From contig CAVWLP010000003.1 of NCBI GenBank assembly GCA_963755915.1, forward strand, positions 1,120,001 through 1,184,000: a stretch of DNA of 64,000 nt. The letters run 5' to 3'. The notes under the pieces were generated by a model. That model was not told where the DNA came from. It ran no database searches and saw only the letters and a list, made by a program, of their open reading frames with translations. Position numbers and translations under genes: made by a program. Origin of the DNA: an uncultured Phycisphaerales bacterium (GTDB lineage Bacteria; Planctomycetota; Phycisphaerae; Tepidisphaerales; Tepidisphaeraceae). Of this stretch, positions 10,381 through 20,330 are shown piece after piece (position 1 is the first letter of the stretch; each line of letters opens with the position of its first letter).

Positions 10381-11835
10381 TCATCCGGCCTTTACCAGGG
10401 CGGCGGGAGGCGCCGCGCCACCCGGCTTTACGCCGCAGACGCGCAGAAATTCGTTGGCCCACCAGAAGACGTTTTGCTCGCGGATGTTGGCGCGGAGCTT
10501 TTCCATCGCAGGGCGGCGCTCCTTTGGCGTCATCATCACGGCCAGCTCGATGGCATCGGCAACGAGCTCGATGTCGTAGGGATTCACGAGGACGGCCGAT
10601 CGCCCGAGCTGCTCGGAAGCGCCGGCGAATTCGCTGAGCACCAGCACGCCGTTGTTTTCGACCTGGCAGGCGCAATACTCCTTGCAGACCAGGTTCATGC
10701 CGTCTTTCAGCGATGTCACCAGCGCAACATCGGCCGCGCGATACCACGCCAGGAGCTCTTGCCGCTCGACATGGCGGAAAATATGCTGAATGGGAACCCA
10801 CCCCGGCTGCGTGAACTTTCCGTTGATCTGCGCCACCAGCAGCTCGATCTCCTGCTTGAGGTCCTGATACTGCGGCACCATTTCCCGGCTGGGAACGATG
10901 AGCTGAAGCAGCGTCACCTTCTTGTGCAAATCCGGATGCCGCTCGAGCGAGCGCGCGTAGGCCCGCAAGCGATAGGGGATGCCCTTGGTGTAATCGAGCC
11001 GATCGACGCCGAGGAGAATCTGCTGGCCGGCGTAGGTTTTTCGAAGCTCGGCGATGCGCGTGGCGATTTCCGGTTGGGCCGCCGCTTCCGCGAAATCTTC
11101 GTAATCGATGCCAATGGGAAATACCCCGATTTTGCACGTGCGCCCATCGATCTCGACGCGCGTTTGCCTGGGCAATTGGTGCTGACCGGCTCCGGGGAGG
11201 AGCGCGCTGACGCAATCCGAAAAGTTCTTCACGTCTCGAGTCGTCTGCAGACCGATCACCCGGTAATGCAGCAGCGCCGTCAGCACCTCCTTGCGCCATG
11301 GCAGCTTCAGGAAAATGTCCGGCGGCGGAAAAGGAATATGCAGGAAAAATGCCAGCGGGTTCTCGATTCCCCGATCCTGCAGCGTCTTTCCCAGGCCCAG
11401 CAGGTGATAGTCGTGAACCCAGATCAGGTCGTCGTGCTCGATCCGGCTCTGCACCACATCCGCGAACGCCTGCTCCACCTTCAGCGAGACCTTCCAGTAT
11501 TCGGGCTGGAAATTGCAAAGCGATTGAAGATCATGAAAGAGCGGCCAGATGATCTGATTGCAGAACCCCTCGTAAAAAAGCTTATAGTCGGCCGGCGTCA
11601 ACGAAACACCGGCGATTTCGCATCCCTGCTGGTGTCCATAGTCTTCCAGAAGCGCGTCAAGATCTCCCGATTCATTCTCAACTTCGCCTGGCGAGCCGAT
11701 CCAGATTCCGCCGAGACGCTTCAGCGCCGGCACCAGTGCCGCCACCAACCCGCCCGAGCCGGGATGGACCGACAATTCCGTTCCTTCCCGCTCCACGACA
11801 ATCGGCAGCCGATTTGAAACCAGTACGATTCTCAT
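10381..11835 (-). CDS. otsA: Trehalose-6-phosphate synthase
   Basis: [50 protein letters not shown]. Confidence 0.95.
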   Translation of the reverse strand: MRIVLVSNRLPIVVEREGTELSVHPGSGGLVAALVPALKRLGGIWIGSPGEVENESGDLDALLEDYGHQQGCEIAGVSLTPADYKLFYEGFCNQIIWPLFHDLQSLCNFQPEYWKVSLKVEQAFADVVQSRIEHDDLIWVHDYHLLGLGKTLQDRGIENPLAFFLHIPFPPPDIFLKLPWRKEVLTALLHYRVIGLQTTRDVKNFSDCVSALLPGAGQHQLPRQTRVEIDGRTCKIGVFPIGIDYEDFAEAAAQPEIATRIAELRKTYAGQQILLGVDRLDYTKGIPYRLRAYARSLERHPDLHKKVTLLQLIVPSREMVPQYQDLKQEIELLVAQINGKFTQPGWVPIQHIFRHVERQELLAWYRAADVALVTSLKDGMNLVCKEYCACQVENNGVLVLSEFAGASEQLGRSAVLVNPYDIELVADAIELAVMMTPKERRPAMEKLRANIREQNVFWWANEFLRVCGVKPGGAAPPAALVKAG

Positions 11836-11977
11836 ACAACGCCTTTATCCTTTGCCACGAAACCGATGCTACGACGGAGGCAGCCGGTTGGTCAGCGCAG
11901 GAAATCGCCGCTGAGGCCGCATCGCGGCTTCAGTCTGGGTCCGGAATGGCCGACGATTCATTAGCGCTCATTCATAT

Positions 11978-12520
11978 ATGAAAGCAATCACGCAATTAGT
12001 CGTGGGAACGGTGTTGCTCGCAATGCTTGCCGCCGGGTTGCGGTATATGTTTGATCGTGTTCGCGGCGCGGTAATCGATGGCAACATTGGCGGACTGGTC
12101 CTTTGGGAAAATGACTGGAATGAGGCGCTCGCGAAAGCCTCGGCGCAGAACAAGCCGCTACTGGTGGAATTCGCCAGGGGTTCGTCCGCGAACTGCCGGG
12201 ATTTGGCGAAAAACGGGTGGTCGCGGGGCGATATCGTGAGTGCGGCGTCGGGCTATGTGCCGCTGCTCGTGGATGTCGATTCGAATCCGGATCTGGCGAA
12301 ACAGTACGACATCGGACCGGTCCCCTCGCTGGTGGTAATCGACGCGAAGAGCCAATCGATCATCCGCGACGGCCGCGGCCAGGCGTTCACGCCCGACGAC
12401 CTGCTGCTATGGCTCGATCCCAACGCCCAGCCGAAAATGAACCCGTCGTTTCCTGACAGCAGCACGCTCAATTCTCAAACGGGATCGCTTGATCTGCAAA
12501 AGAGCCCGTTTTCACCTTGA
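11978..12520 (+). CDS. Membrane-anchored thioredoxin-fold protein (SxxC instead of CxxC)
   Basis: N-terminal hydrophobic segment; W...ALAKA..NKPLLVEF..SANC; VPSLVVID. Confidence 0.65.
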   Translation: MKAITQLVVGTVLLAMLAAGLRYMFDRVRGAVIDGNIGGLVLWENDWNEALAKASAQNKPLLVEFARGSSANCRDLAKNGWSRGDIVSAASGYVPLLVDVDSNPDLAKQYDIGPVPSLVVIDAKSQSIIRDGRGQAFTPDDLLLWLDPNAQPKMNPSFPDSSTLNSQTGSLDLQKSPFSP

Positions 12521-12557
12521 GGGCAATCGTCGTGCGCACCGCTGTCGAACCCAAAAG

Positions 12558-13313
12558 TCACCGCAACGCACGATAGTGATAGTCGTACCGCCAGCGAAAA
12601 CCCGCGCGGGTGTACAGCGATTTCGCGGCGGCGTTGCCCGTCATTACCTGCAAATAGAATGCGCCGGCATTGTTGCGAAGCGCCCATTCGGCGAGGAAAT
12701 GAATTAATCGCGTGGCATGTCCTCGCCGCTGGTGGGATGGGAGGGTCGCCATGCAATAGAGCCACGCGACGCCGCCGTGGATGGCGCTTAGTGCGCGGGC
12801 GACGGTCTGCCCAGAATCCATGGCCGAAACAAAAACGCGGGGCTCTGCGATGCGATGACAAAGCTCTTCCAGCGAGCCAGCGCCGTGCGGATGTACATCG
12901 CATTGGAACCAAGCTTCGGTCGGCGAGTCTGACGCGCCTATCCAAAAATTGGATTTCAGAGGCACAATGGAGGCACTAACCGCTGCAATATCCGCTCCCC
13001 AAATGTTGGAAGATTTTTCTATGCGATATCCGCGAGACGCGAGCCGCTGATCTAGATTGCGCGGGGCCGACGCCGCGGTAATGTGAAAAATCGGCGGCAA
13101 ATTTCTGGTGCGATAAAATTTCTCCGCTCGGGCGGTCAGCTCTTCCCAATCGTAATCGTCCGATTTGTCGCCGGCGGTACGCACGGAATTCGCACGGTTT
13201 GTAAAACCGCGATTGGCGCGAAGCTGCCACGGTCCCAGCGAGATCGATTCCTCCGCCGGCCAAGTGGCATCGGCCGATAATTCGGCCTCGGTGATTGATA
13301 TCAGACGATCCAT
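12558..13313 (-). CDS. GNAT family N-acetyltransferase
   Basis: GFTNRANS N-terminal motif; HQRRGHA acetyl-CoA motif; YLQV..N.AA..LY..GF. Confidence 0.85.
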   Translation of the reverse strand: MDRLISITEAELSADATWPAEESISLGPWQLRANRGFTNRANSVRTAGDKSDDYDWEELTARAEKFYRTRNLPPIFHITAASAPRNLDQRLASRGYRIEKSSNIWGADIAAVSASIVPLKSNFWIGASDSPTEAWFQCDVHPHGAGSLEELCHRIAEPRVFVSAMDSGQTVARALSAIHGGVAWLYCMATLPSHQRRGHATRLIHFLAEWALRNNAGAFYLQVMTGNAAAKSLYTRAGFRWRYDYHYRALR

Positions 13314-13380
13314 AACCTCACGTCGTCCTCTGCGCACGCCGCAGGATCGCTACATCTTAACCGCCCCTCCTGGGCGGACG

Positions 13381-15069
13381 ATGAGGTTGATGCGGCGAAG
13401 TCCGCAAAGCCTGATGGAAACGCCGGGGACAAACAGTCCGCCCCTCCCGCCGGCAGCGCTCCCGCTCCCGCCGCGCCGAAGCCTCTCTGCGCCTTGCCAG
13501 GATGGTTGGCCTTGAGGGAAAAATCGTCATGGCGGTCATCGCGCTGCTGGCGGTGGCGCTGGGATCGACCTGCTGGCTATGGGCGTCGCGGATCGATCCG
13601 CAGGTCGCGGAGATGCTGGGTGAGCAGGCGCGGCAAACGGCGGTCACGCTTTCCATGGCGGCCGGACCGGCAATGAAGGCGCGGGATGTGGAATCCATGC
13701 GGACGATGGGCGCGAGCTTCTGCACGCCCGCAATATTCTCTTCATCGCGTTCTACGATGTGAATGGCGCCAACCTCGCGCTGGCCGACCGCAACGTAACC
13801 CGCGGTTCCCCCTGGCCTTCGCTTCAGCAAGGGGAAATCAGCTATCTTGCGCAGGTCCGGCACGGGAGTTCGCCGAAGTTCGGAGAATATCTGGAAGTTT
13901 GCCAGCCGGTGCTAACGGCGATTGCTCCGGGGATGTCGCGTGCGCTGGCACGGTCGCGTCTCCTGGGATACGTCTCGGTGGGAATCTCGACGACCCAGGA
14001 GCAGTCGCAGGTGAAGCGCGTTAATTATCTGGCCATCGGGATTGGATGCTTCGTGATCCTGGGCATCCTTCCGCTGGCGTATCTGCTGGTGCACCAGATC
14101 TTCCTGCCGATCCGCAAATTGGTCGGAGCAACCAATCGGATCGCGGCGGGCGATCTGGACTATACGGTGGCGATCGACCGGGCCGACGCCATCGGCGATC
14201 TGGCCCGGTCGTTCAACGCGATGACGGCAACCATCAAGGAACACCAGCTCCGCCTGCACGAAGCCAACTCGGAGCTGGAGCAGAAAGTGCGCCAGCGTAC
14301 CTCGCAGCTTGAGGCGGCCAACCGCCGGCTATCCAGCGAAATCGCGGAAAAAGAGGATTTTCTCCGTGCCGTGAGCCACGACCTCAACGCCCCGCTGCGG
14401 AATATCAGCGGCATGACCTCAATGCTGTTGATGAAACATCGCGAGGGGTTCAACGAGGAAATTGTCCATCGGCTCGAGCGCATCCAGAAAAATGTCGAGG
14501 CGGAGACGGAATTGATCTCGGAGCTGCTGGAACTTTCCCGAATCAAGACCCGGCGGGAGAAGATGGAGATGGTGGAGCTCGGCCCGCTGGTGCGCGAGCT
14601 GGAAGGGATTTTCGAAAACGACCTGAAAAGCGGAGACATTCTCTTCGCGATCGACACGCCTCTTCCCGTGGTCAACGGCGAACGCTCGCGATTCCGGCAG
14701 GTGTTTCAGAACCTTATCGACAACGCGATCAAATACATGGGAGACGGCGGGGCACGGGAGATTCACATCGGCTGCCGGGTGCGGGCGACGGAATCGGAGT
14801 TTTATGTCCGCGACACGGGGCTGGGGATCGATCCCGACGATGTCGGCAAGGTTTTTTACATTTTCCGCCGGGGGAAGAATTCCGCCGTGCGCAACATACC
14901 GGGCAAGGGCGTCGGCCTCGCCTGCGTCAAAAGCATCATCGAAACTTACAGTGGAACCATCTGGGTCGAAAGCGAGCCGGGCAAGGGGAGCACCTTCCGG
15001 TTCACGATCAACGGGCAGTTTGTCCCCGGATCGGCAACTCGTGAAACGAAAGTGAGCAGTGCAGCATGA
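13381..15069 (+). CDS. Membrane sensor histidine kinase (TM-HAMP-HisKA-HATPase); frameshifted in 5' part, start uncertain
   Basis: HAMP (PIRKL..DAIGDLARSFN), SHDLNAPL, NLIDNAIKY, GKGVGL; first TM lies in the 13502-13762 frame. Confidence 0.85.
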
Positions 15070-15558
15070 AGCGCTGGAACGTCACACAAACATATTCGGG
15101 AAAACGGCATCACGATCCTGCTGGTCGACGACGATCAGGATTGCCGGATGCTGATTCGCGACGCGATCAGCTCAGAGCAAAGTGAGCAACGAGGTATTAC
15201 GAAGTCGCCAATGGGCGAGCAGGCGCTCGATTTTCTGCATCGGCGGGGCCAGTGGCGCAAGCGCCGCGGCCGGGACTGATTTATCTGGATATTGAGATGC
15301 CGGGCATGGACGGGCAGGCGGTGCTCAAGGCGATTAAAGCTGATCCGGATTTGCGGGATATACCGGTGGTAATGATGACGGGAGTGGCGGATGAAGGCGC
15401 AGATGCGCATCGCCGCCGCCGCGGGGGCGAACAGCTACACGCTCAAGCCCGCCAGCGCCGAGCAGTTTCTTAAAACCGTGGTTTCAAGCACGAAATATTG
15501 GCTGACGATCCATCAATATCCGGACCATCACCTCCCTTCGGAGAAGTGCAGGAAATAA
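15066..15558 (+). CDS. Single-domain response regulator; several frameshifts
   Basis: ILLVDDD (about 15115), LDIEMPGMDG..IPVVMMT (15252-15400) and GANSYTLKP (about 15425) occur in different frames. Confidence 0.75.
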
Positions 15559-15686
15559 GTGGGGCTAAACAGGTAATTTGCGAAAGAGTTTGCTGCTACC
15601 GCGCGGGCGATAAATGTCGCCCCTGCTTCACCTTGCGGGCAGGCACGCCGATAAGACGGCTACAGGAGTGAGAAACCGCGACCGAC

Positions 15687-16685
15687 ATGGAATGCCTGAA
15701 ACTGCTCATCGTCGAGGACGATCCGGACCAGCGGCAGCTCATCTCCGAAACCCTGGAGGAGCATTTCCCGACCAGCACGATCGTCTCCGTCGAATGCGGG
15801 GCAGAGGCGATGAATCTGGAGCTGGGTTCATTCGACTTGATCCTGACGGATTTCAATCTGCCGGACGTGAGCGGGATGGAGCTGCTGGAAAAAATCCGCC
15901 GGCAGTGCACCACGCCCGTGATCATGGTTACCGGAGAAAACGTCGGCTACTTCGCGGCGGAGGCCATCCGCAAAGGGGCGATGGATTACGTCGTGAAGTT
16001 CGGCGACTATCTCTTCACCATTCCCCTCGTGGTCGAGAAAAATCTTACCGTCGCGAAGCTCTACAAGGAAAATGAAAAGCTGCGGTCGGAACTTGAGCGC
16101 GCATTGGGGGAAGTTCGCCATAAGAATGCACAGCTTGAAGAGTCGCTGAAGATGGTTGAGGAGATGGCCGCGACGGACGCACTCACCGGGCTTTACAACC
16201 GCCGGCATTTCAATCGCGTGCTCGATCAGCTTTACTCCGAGAGCGAGCGGCTCGATACCGACCTTTCCTGCGCGATGATCGATCTCGACGGATACAAACA
16301 GCTCAACGACACGTTCGGGCACGCGATGGGGGACCAGCTTTTGGCGATCGCGGGCAAGGTGATCCTGGCCAACATGCGCCGGATGGACGTGGCCGCTCGT
16401 TACGGCGGGGATGAATTCGTCCTGCTTTTGCCGCACGCTTCGGCACAGGAGGCGGCAAGCGTTGCCCAGCGCATCCGGGATGAATTCTGCCAGGGGTCTG
16501 CGATCCTGCTTCGGCGAAACGAAGGCGTCGGCATGTCTGTCGGCATCGCATCGAGAAAGAACAACGGTGCCACCGGCGGCGAACAGTTGCTGGCGCTGGC
16601 GGACGCCGCGCTCTACCAGGCCAAGGGAAACGGGCGCAACCGCGTCGTCGTCAATCCCCCGCAGCCTCTGAGCGCTAATCACTAA
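15687..16685 (+). CDS. Response regulator diguanylate cyclase (REC-GGDEF)
   Basis: LLIVEDD receiver; DALTGLYNRR, NDTFGH, RRMD I-site, RYGGDEF. Confidence 0.95.
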   Translation: MECLKLLIVEDDPDQRQLISETLEEHFPTSTIVSVECGAEAMNLELGSFDLILTDFNLPDVSGMELLEKIRRQCTTPVIMVTGENVGYFAAEAIRKGAMDYVVKFGDYLFTIPLVVEKNLTVAKLYKENEKLRSELERALGEVRHKNAQLEESLKMVEEMAATDALTGLYNRRHFNRVLDQLYSESERLDTDLSCAMIDLDGYKQLNDTFGHAMGDQLLAIAGKVILANMRRMDVAARYGGDEFVLLLPHASAQEAASVAQRIRDEFCQGSAILLRRNEGVGMSVGIASRKNNGATGGEQLLALADAALYQAKGNGRNRVVVNPPQPLSANH

Positions 16686-16799
16686 CGGCAAATCCCCCGG
16701 TTTTTCGCACTCGGTATTGATTATTTCGGGAATATTAAATTCCTGACAAGCGTCATCACTTCGGTTATAGTCCCTCCTAACCCCTTTCCCGGAGGCATC

Positions 16800-17402
16800 A
16801 TGAATTCGCCGTTGTGGTGTGTGGCATTGTTGCTCGTGGTGACCCTGACTGCCTCGGTATTCGCGGAACCAACGACGCAGCCTTCGACGCAGCCCAGCGC
16901 GGTTTCGTCCATCGGGGCTCCTCTGCGGTTTACGATGAAATCTCTTGACGGGCGTGACGTCGACCTGTCTCAATATCAGGGCAAGGTGATCCTGATGGTG
17001 AACACCGCGAGCAAATGCGGCAACACGCCGCAGTATGCACCGCTTGAGGCGCTATACACAAAATATGCTGACCGGGGCTTCGTGATCCTCGGCTTCCCCT
17101 CAAACGATTTCGGGCACCAGGAGCCGGGCAGCGATATCGAGATCAGTGAATTCTGCACGAAAAACTATGGCGTGACCTTCCCGATGTTCTCGAAGGTGGA
17201 CGTAAAGGGGGACAACATCTGCCCGCTTTATGCATATCTCACGAGCAAGGATACCGACGCCCCGTTTGCGGGAACGATCACATGGAATTTCGAGAAATTC
17301 CTGATTGGACGGGATGGAAATATCGTCGCCCGGTTTAAACCGAAGACCCAGCCGGATTCACCGCAGGTGCTCGCGGCGATCGAGGGGGAGCTGGCTAAGT
17401 AG
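16800..17402 (+). CDS. Glutathione peroxidase family protein, exported
   Basis: Signal peptide; VNTASKCG.TPQY, GFPSNDFG.QEPG, WNFEKFL. Confidence 0.93.
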   Translation: MNSPLWCVALLLVVTLTASVFAEPTTQPSTQPSAVSSIGAPLRFTMKSLDGRDVDLSQYQGKVILMVNTASKCGNTPQYAPLEALYTKYADRGFVILGFPSNDFGHQEPGSDIEISEFCTKNYGVTFPMFSKVDVKGDNICPLYAYLTSKDTDAPFAGTITWNFEKFLIGRDGNIVARFKPKTQPDSPQVLAAIEGELAK

Positions 17403-17406
17403 GCCG

Positions 17407-17433
17407 TTTAGCCGCGACCCGAAGGGGAGCGCT
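17407..17433. repeat. REP-like short palindrome (family also at 53679, 56293, 57862, 58537)
   Basis: tttagccgcgacccgaaggggagcgct, reverse-complement similar to agcgcttccctgcggggcgcggctaaac. Confidence 0.6.
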
Positions 17434-17464
17434 CTTCTTCCTATTCACTCCACGATGTCAACTC

Positions 17465-17700
17465 GTGAAAACTCTCACCATTCGAATTCCCAGAATTCTC
17501 GACGCGAGGCTTGCGGCTGCCGCGCGGGATGAAGGCGTCAGCAAGTCCGCTCTCATTCGTAAGGTATTGGAGGAAAGGCTCGCAAGACGCCGCGCAAGGC
17601 ACCGCGCGTTTACGACCTTGTCGGTCATCTCAGTGGCAGCGTAAAGGGACCTCCCGATCTTTTGACGAACCCTAAATACATGATTGACTTCGGCAGATGA
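17465..17700 (+). pseudogene. CopG/ribbon-helix-helix antitoxin-like protein, frameshifted
   Basis: VKTLTIRIP..LDARL...GVSKSALIR then, in another frame, YDLVGHLSGSVKGPPDLLTNPKYM.DFGR; missing from ORF track. Confidence 0.6.
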
Positions 17701-17721
17701 TAGGGCTGGTATCGCGGATAC

Positions 17722-18117
17722 CTAACCCTTCATCCCCACCGCCGCCCGCAGCAAGCTCGTCACCCGCGGCGTCCCAATCTCCCGCTTTCCAAATCCCGGC
17801 AGCGCCCCCGCGGCCTCGGCCGCGGTCTGTGCATCGGCATAATTGCTCACGAGCATCATCGGCAACGCCGCTTGACTGGGCCGCAGCAGACGGATCATGT
17901 CAACGCCCATTTCCGGGTCATAACCGTATCCCAGCTCGCGGTTGAACAGGACCAGATCAACCCCCGCCTTGATCGCCGACTCCATTTCGTCCTTATCCTC
18001 CGCGGAGATGATCTGGACCTGCCCCAGCGCAGTGCGAACGGCCATCCGCAGGTATGACGCATCCGGTCCGCAGTGGCCGACCAGCAATATACGCCAGGTT
18101 TTCGAAGCTTCTTCCAT
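17722..18117 (-). CDS. Atypical receiver-domain protein
   Basis: ILLVGHCGPD, DLVLFNR, MMLVSNY..A..AGA..GK: receiver fold lacking the canonical acidic residues. Confidence 0.65.
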   Translation of the reverse strand: MEEASKTWRILLVGHCGPDASYLRMAVRTALGQVQIISAEDKDEMESAIKAGVDLVLFNRELGYGYDPEMGVDMIRLLRPSQAALPMMLVSNYADAQTAAEAAGALPGFGKREIGTPRVTSLLRAAVGMKG

Positions 18118-18120
18118 GAT

Positions 18121-18633
18121 TTAAACCTGTGACGACGGATCCTCACCCGGCGGAATCTCCGGCTCGGGCGGCGGCTCGACCAGATCCTGCCCCACCCGGC
18201 TCAGAAAAAACTGCAATTCATTTTCGGCGACCGTTCCGGGAATCGCATCGCGCAGGTCGTATTGGTGGCTGTGATCCTCGGCACTGTCTTCGCCGCGTTT
18301 TTCTCCCTCGGTAATGATGTGGTGCTCGAAGGTCACGCAGTCTTCGTGGCTCTGCATGATCACCAGCTCGCCCCAGCGCCAGGCAAGGTGAATCCGCAAC
18401 GAAAGCTGGTTTCCCCAGGTGCTGACGCGGTGGACGATGCCGTTTTTCGCCAGGAATTTCACCAGGTCATCGACGGCGGGAAAAACAGCCCGGTTGAGGA
18501 ACTCGGCGTAGTTCTGGTTGTATTCGGCGAGCTTTTCGACGGCTTCGCGCTCGGCCGCCAGCTTTTCGGGGTGTACGTCCCGGTAGGGGACGACCCGGCC
18601 GAGCCACCATTTCACGAACGACTTGTCGAGCAT
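18121..18633 (-). CDS. Hypothetical protein
   Basis: 170-aa ORF, plausible composition, co-oriented with and tightly packed between neighbours. Confidence 0.65.
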   Translation of the reverse strand: MLDKSFVKWWLGRVVPYRDVHPEKLAAEREAVEKLAEYNQNYAEFLNRAVFPAVDDLVKFLAKNGIVHRVSTWGNQLSLRIHLAWRWGELVIMQSHEDCVTFEHHIITEGEKRGEDSAEDHSHQYDLRDAIPGTVAENELQFFLSRVGQDLVEPPPEPEIPPGEDPSSQV

Positions 18634-18714
18634 GGCAACAGGATAGGATGCAGCGGCGCAGGATTCCAGCGGCCGGCCGGCAGTGGTCGCCCTTGAGGAG
18701 TATCACGATCAAAT

Positions 18715-19506
18715 TTAGTCGTTGTCTTCGGGAAACTCGCGGAGGCGGTAGCCGACGCCGCGGACCGTGTTCACCAGCCAGGCGGCGTCGCCGAGCTTTT
18801 TGCGGATGGCGGTAATGTGGACGTCGATGGCGCGGTCGGTGACGAAGACGTCGGTGCCCATCGCTTTGTCCATGAGCTGGTCGCGGGTGAGGACGCGGCC
18901 GCGGGCGGTCAACAGGGCTGACAGAAGCTTGAACTCGGTCAGGGTGAGCTTGATGGGCTCTTCGTTGACAAGGACTTCATGCTTGAAGGTGTCGATGCTG
19001 AGCGGGCCGGCGCGGAGGGTTCCGCCCTCAGTGGCGCCAGGGCCGGTTTCGGAGCGGCGGAGTACGCTGCTGACGCGGGCGAGGAGGACTTTCATGCTGA
19101 AGGGCTTGGTGACGTAATCGTCGGCGCCCAGGGTGAGGCCGACGACGACATCCGTTTCCTCGCCCTTGGCGGTGAGCATGACGATGGGGATGGAAGCGGT
19201 TTTGGCGTCGGATTTGAGGCGGCGGGCGACTTCCATGCCGTCGATGCCGGGAAGCATGAGATCGAGAATGATGAGGTCGGGCGAATTTTTCGAAGCGCTG
19301 TCGAGGGCGTCGTTGCCGTCGCTGGCGGTGAGAGTGTCGTAGCCGTTGCGACCCAGGTTGTAGGCAACGAGGTCAACAATGTCTTTTTCGTCGTCGACGA
19401 TGAGGACTTTTTTGCGTGCGGGTGGGGTGGCAGCCGGATTACGCGCCGAAGGCTGACGAGCCGGATCGTTGATTCTGCTCATAGGTGTCCGCTCCATCAC
19501 TTGCAT
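18715..19506 (-). CDS. OmpR/PhoB-family DNA-binding response regulator
   Basis: VLIVDDE, LDLMLPG, GADDYVTKPF, LTLTEF, DRAIDVHI, TVRGVGY; start uncertain. Confidence 0.93.
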   Translation of the reverse strand: MQVMERTPMSRINDPARQPSARNPAATPPARKKVLIVDDEKDIVDLVAYNLGRNGYDTLTASDGNDALDSASKNSPDLIILDLMLPGIDGMEVARRLKSDAKTASIPIVMLTAKGEETDVVVGLTLGADDYVTKPFSMKVLLARVSSVLRRSETGPGATEGGTLRAGPLSIDTFKHEVLVNEEPIKLTLTEFKLLSALLTARGRVLTRDQLMDKAMGTDVFVTDRAIDVHITAIRKKLGDAAWLVNTVRGVGYRLREFPEDND

Positions 19507-19760
19507 GTGAACGCTCCTGGGATGCCCTTCCGGTAAAAATGGCGAAGATAACTTTGGGCAGGAACAACAATGGAGTCAAGGCGCTAGCGCGGACTTAACG
19601 GGAGTGATATGGAATCTGAATTATTCGTCCGAAAATCGGGCTGGACTGGGTAAGTTAACAGAGATATATCGCAATATTGCTGGTGTGTTACCTTGGGGCT
19701 TCTGATATCATTTGTGGAATTGGAGCATTGATCAGACGGGGTTTTTGAGCAGGAGATGCA

Positions 19761-20330
19761 ATGAACGAGCTGAACCGGAGGGAATTTGTTGCCGCCGTGG
19801 CGTGCGCGGCTTGCATGTGCGGGTTGGGCGGGGCGGCCAAGGCATTGGCCGACGACATGGGTGGTGCGACGACGATGCCGGCGACCACGCCGAGCACGCT
19901 GGACGCGGGGTTGAAATCGGATTACGCCCAGGATGGGATCACCCAGACCTGGATGAAAGCCCCCTACCGCATCGCGATCGTGCGGGATAAGGGGAAGATT
20001 TTCGCGCTCACGATGGTTTGCACGCACCGAGGGGGGACACTGCGCGAGGCGGATGACGGGGTGAGCTTCAAGTGCCCGCGGCATGGGGCGACGTTTGACA
20101 TGGATGGACATGTGACGGGCAAGCCCGCGAAGAGGCCGCTGTCGCGGTATGCGATTTCCGTCGACGGCAACGGGCACATCATCGTCGATACCACCACTTC
20201 GTTCACGATGGATCAGTGGGATGATCCGGCGAGTTTTATCGCGGTGAGCTGCGCAGTTGCGACGGCTCGGTTCCGAAATAAACGCAGGCAGTGGAAGAGC
20301 CACCGTCGCTGTTTGGCGCGTAGATGCTAA
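19761..20330 (+). CDS. Tat-exported Rieske [2Fe-2S] domain protein (3' end probably near 20250)
   Basis: NRREF twin-arginine signal; CTHRG and CPRHG Rieske boxes. Confidence 0.85.
   Translation: MNELNRREFVAAVACAACMCGLGGAAKALADDMGGATTMPATTPSTLDAGLKSDYAQDGITQTWMKAPYRIAIVRDKGKIFALTMVCTHRGGTLREADDGVSFKCPRHGATFDMDGHVTGKPAKRPLSRYAISVDGNGHIIVDTTTSFTMDQWDDPASFIAVSCAVATARFRNKRRQWKSHRRCLARRC

Noticed and set aside
9964-11817. Long antisense ORFs (for example 9964-11817, 843-1991, 31793-33202, 59540-61183)
   Set aside because: Shadow ORFs opposite well-supported genes, typical of GC-rich DNA, with no recognisable motifs.
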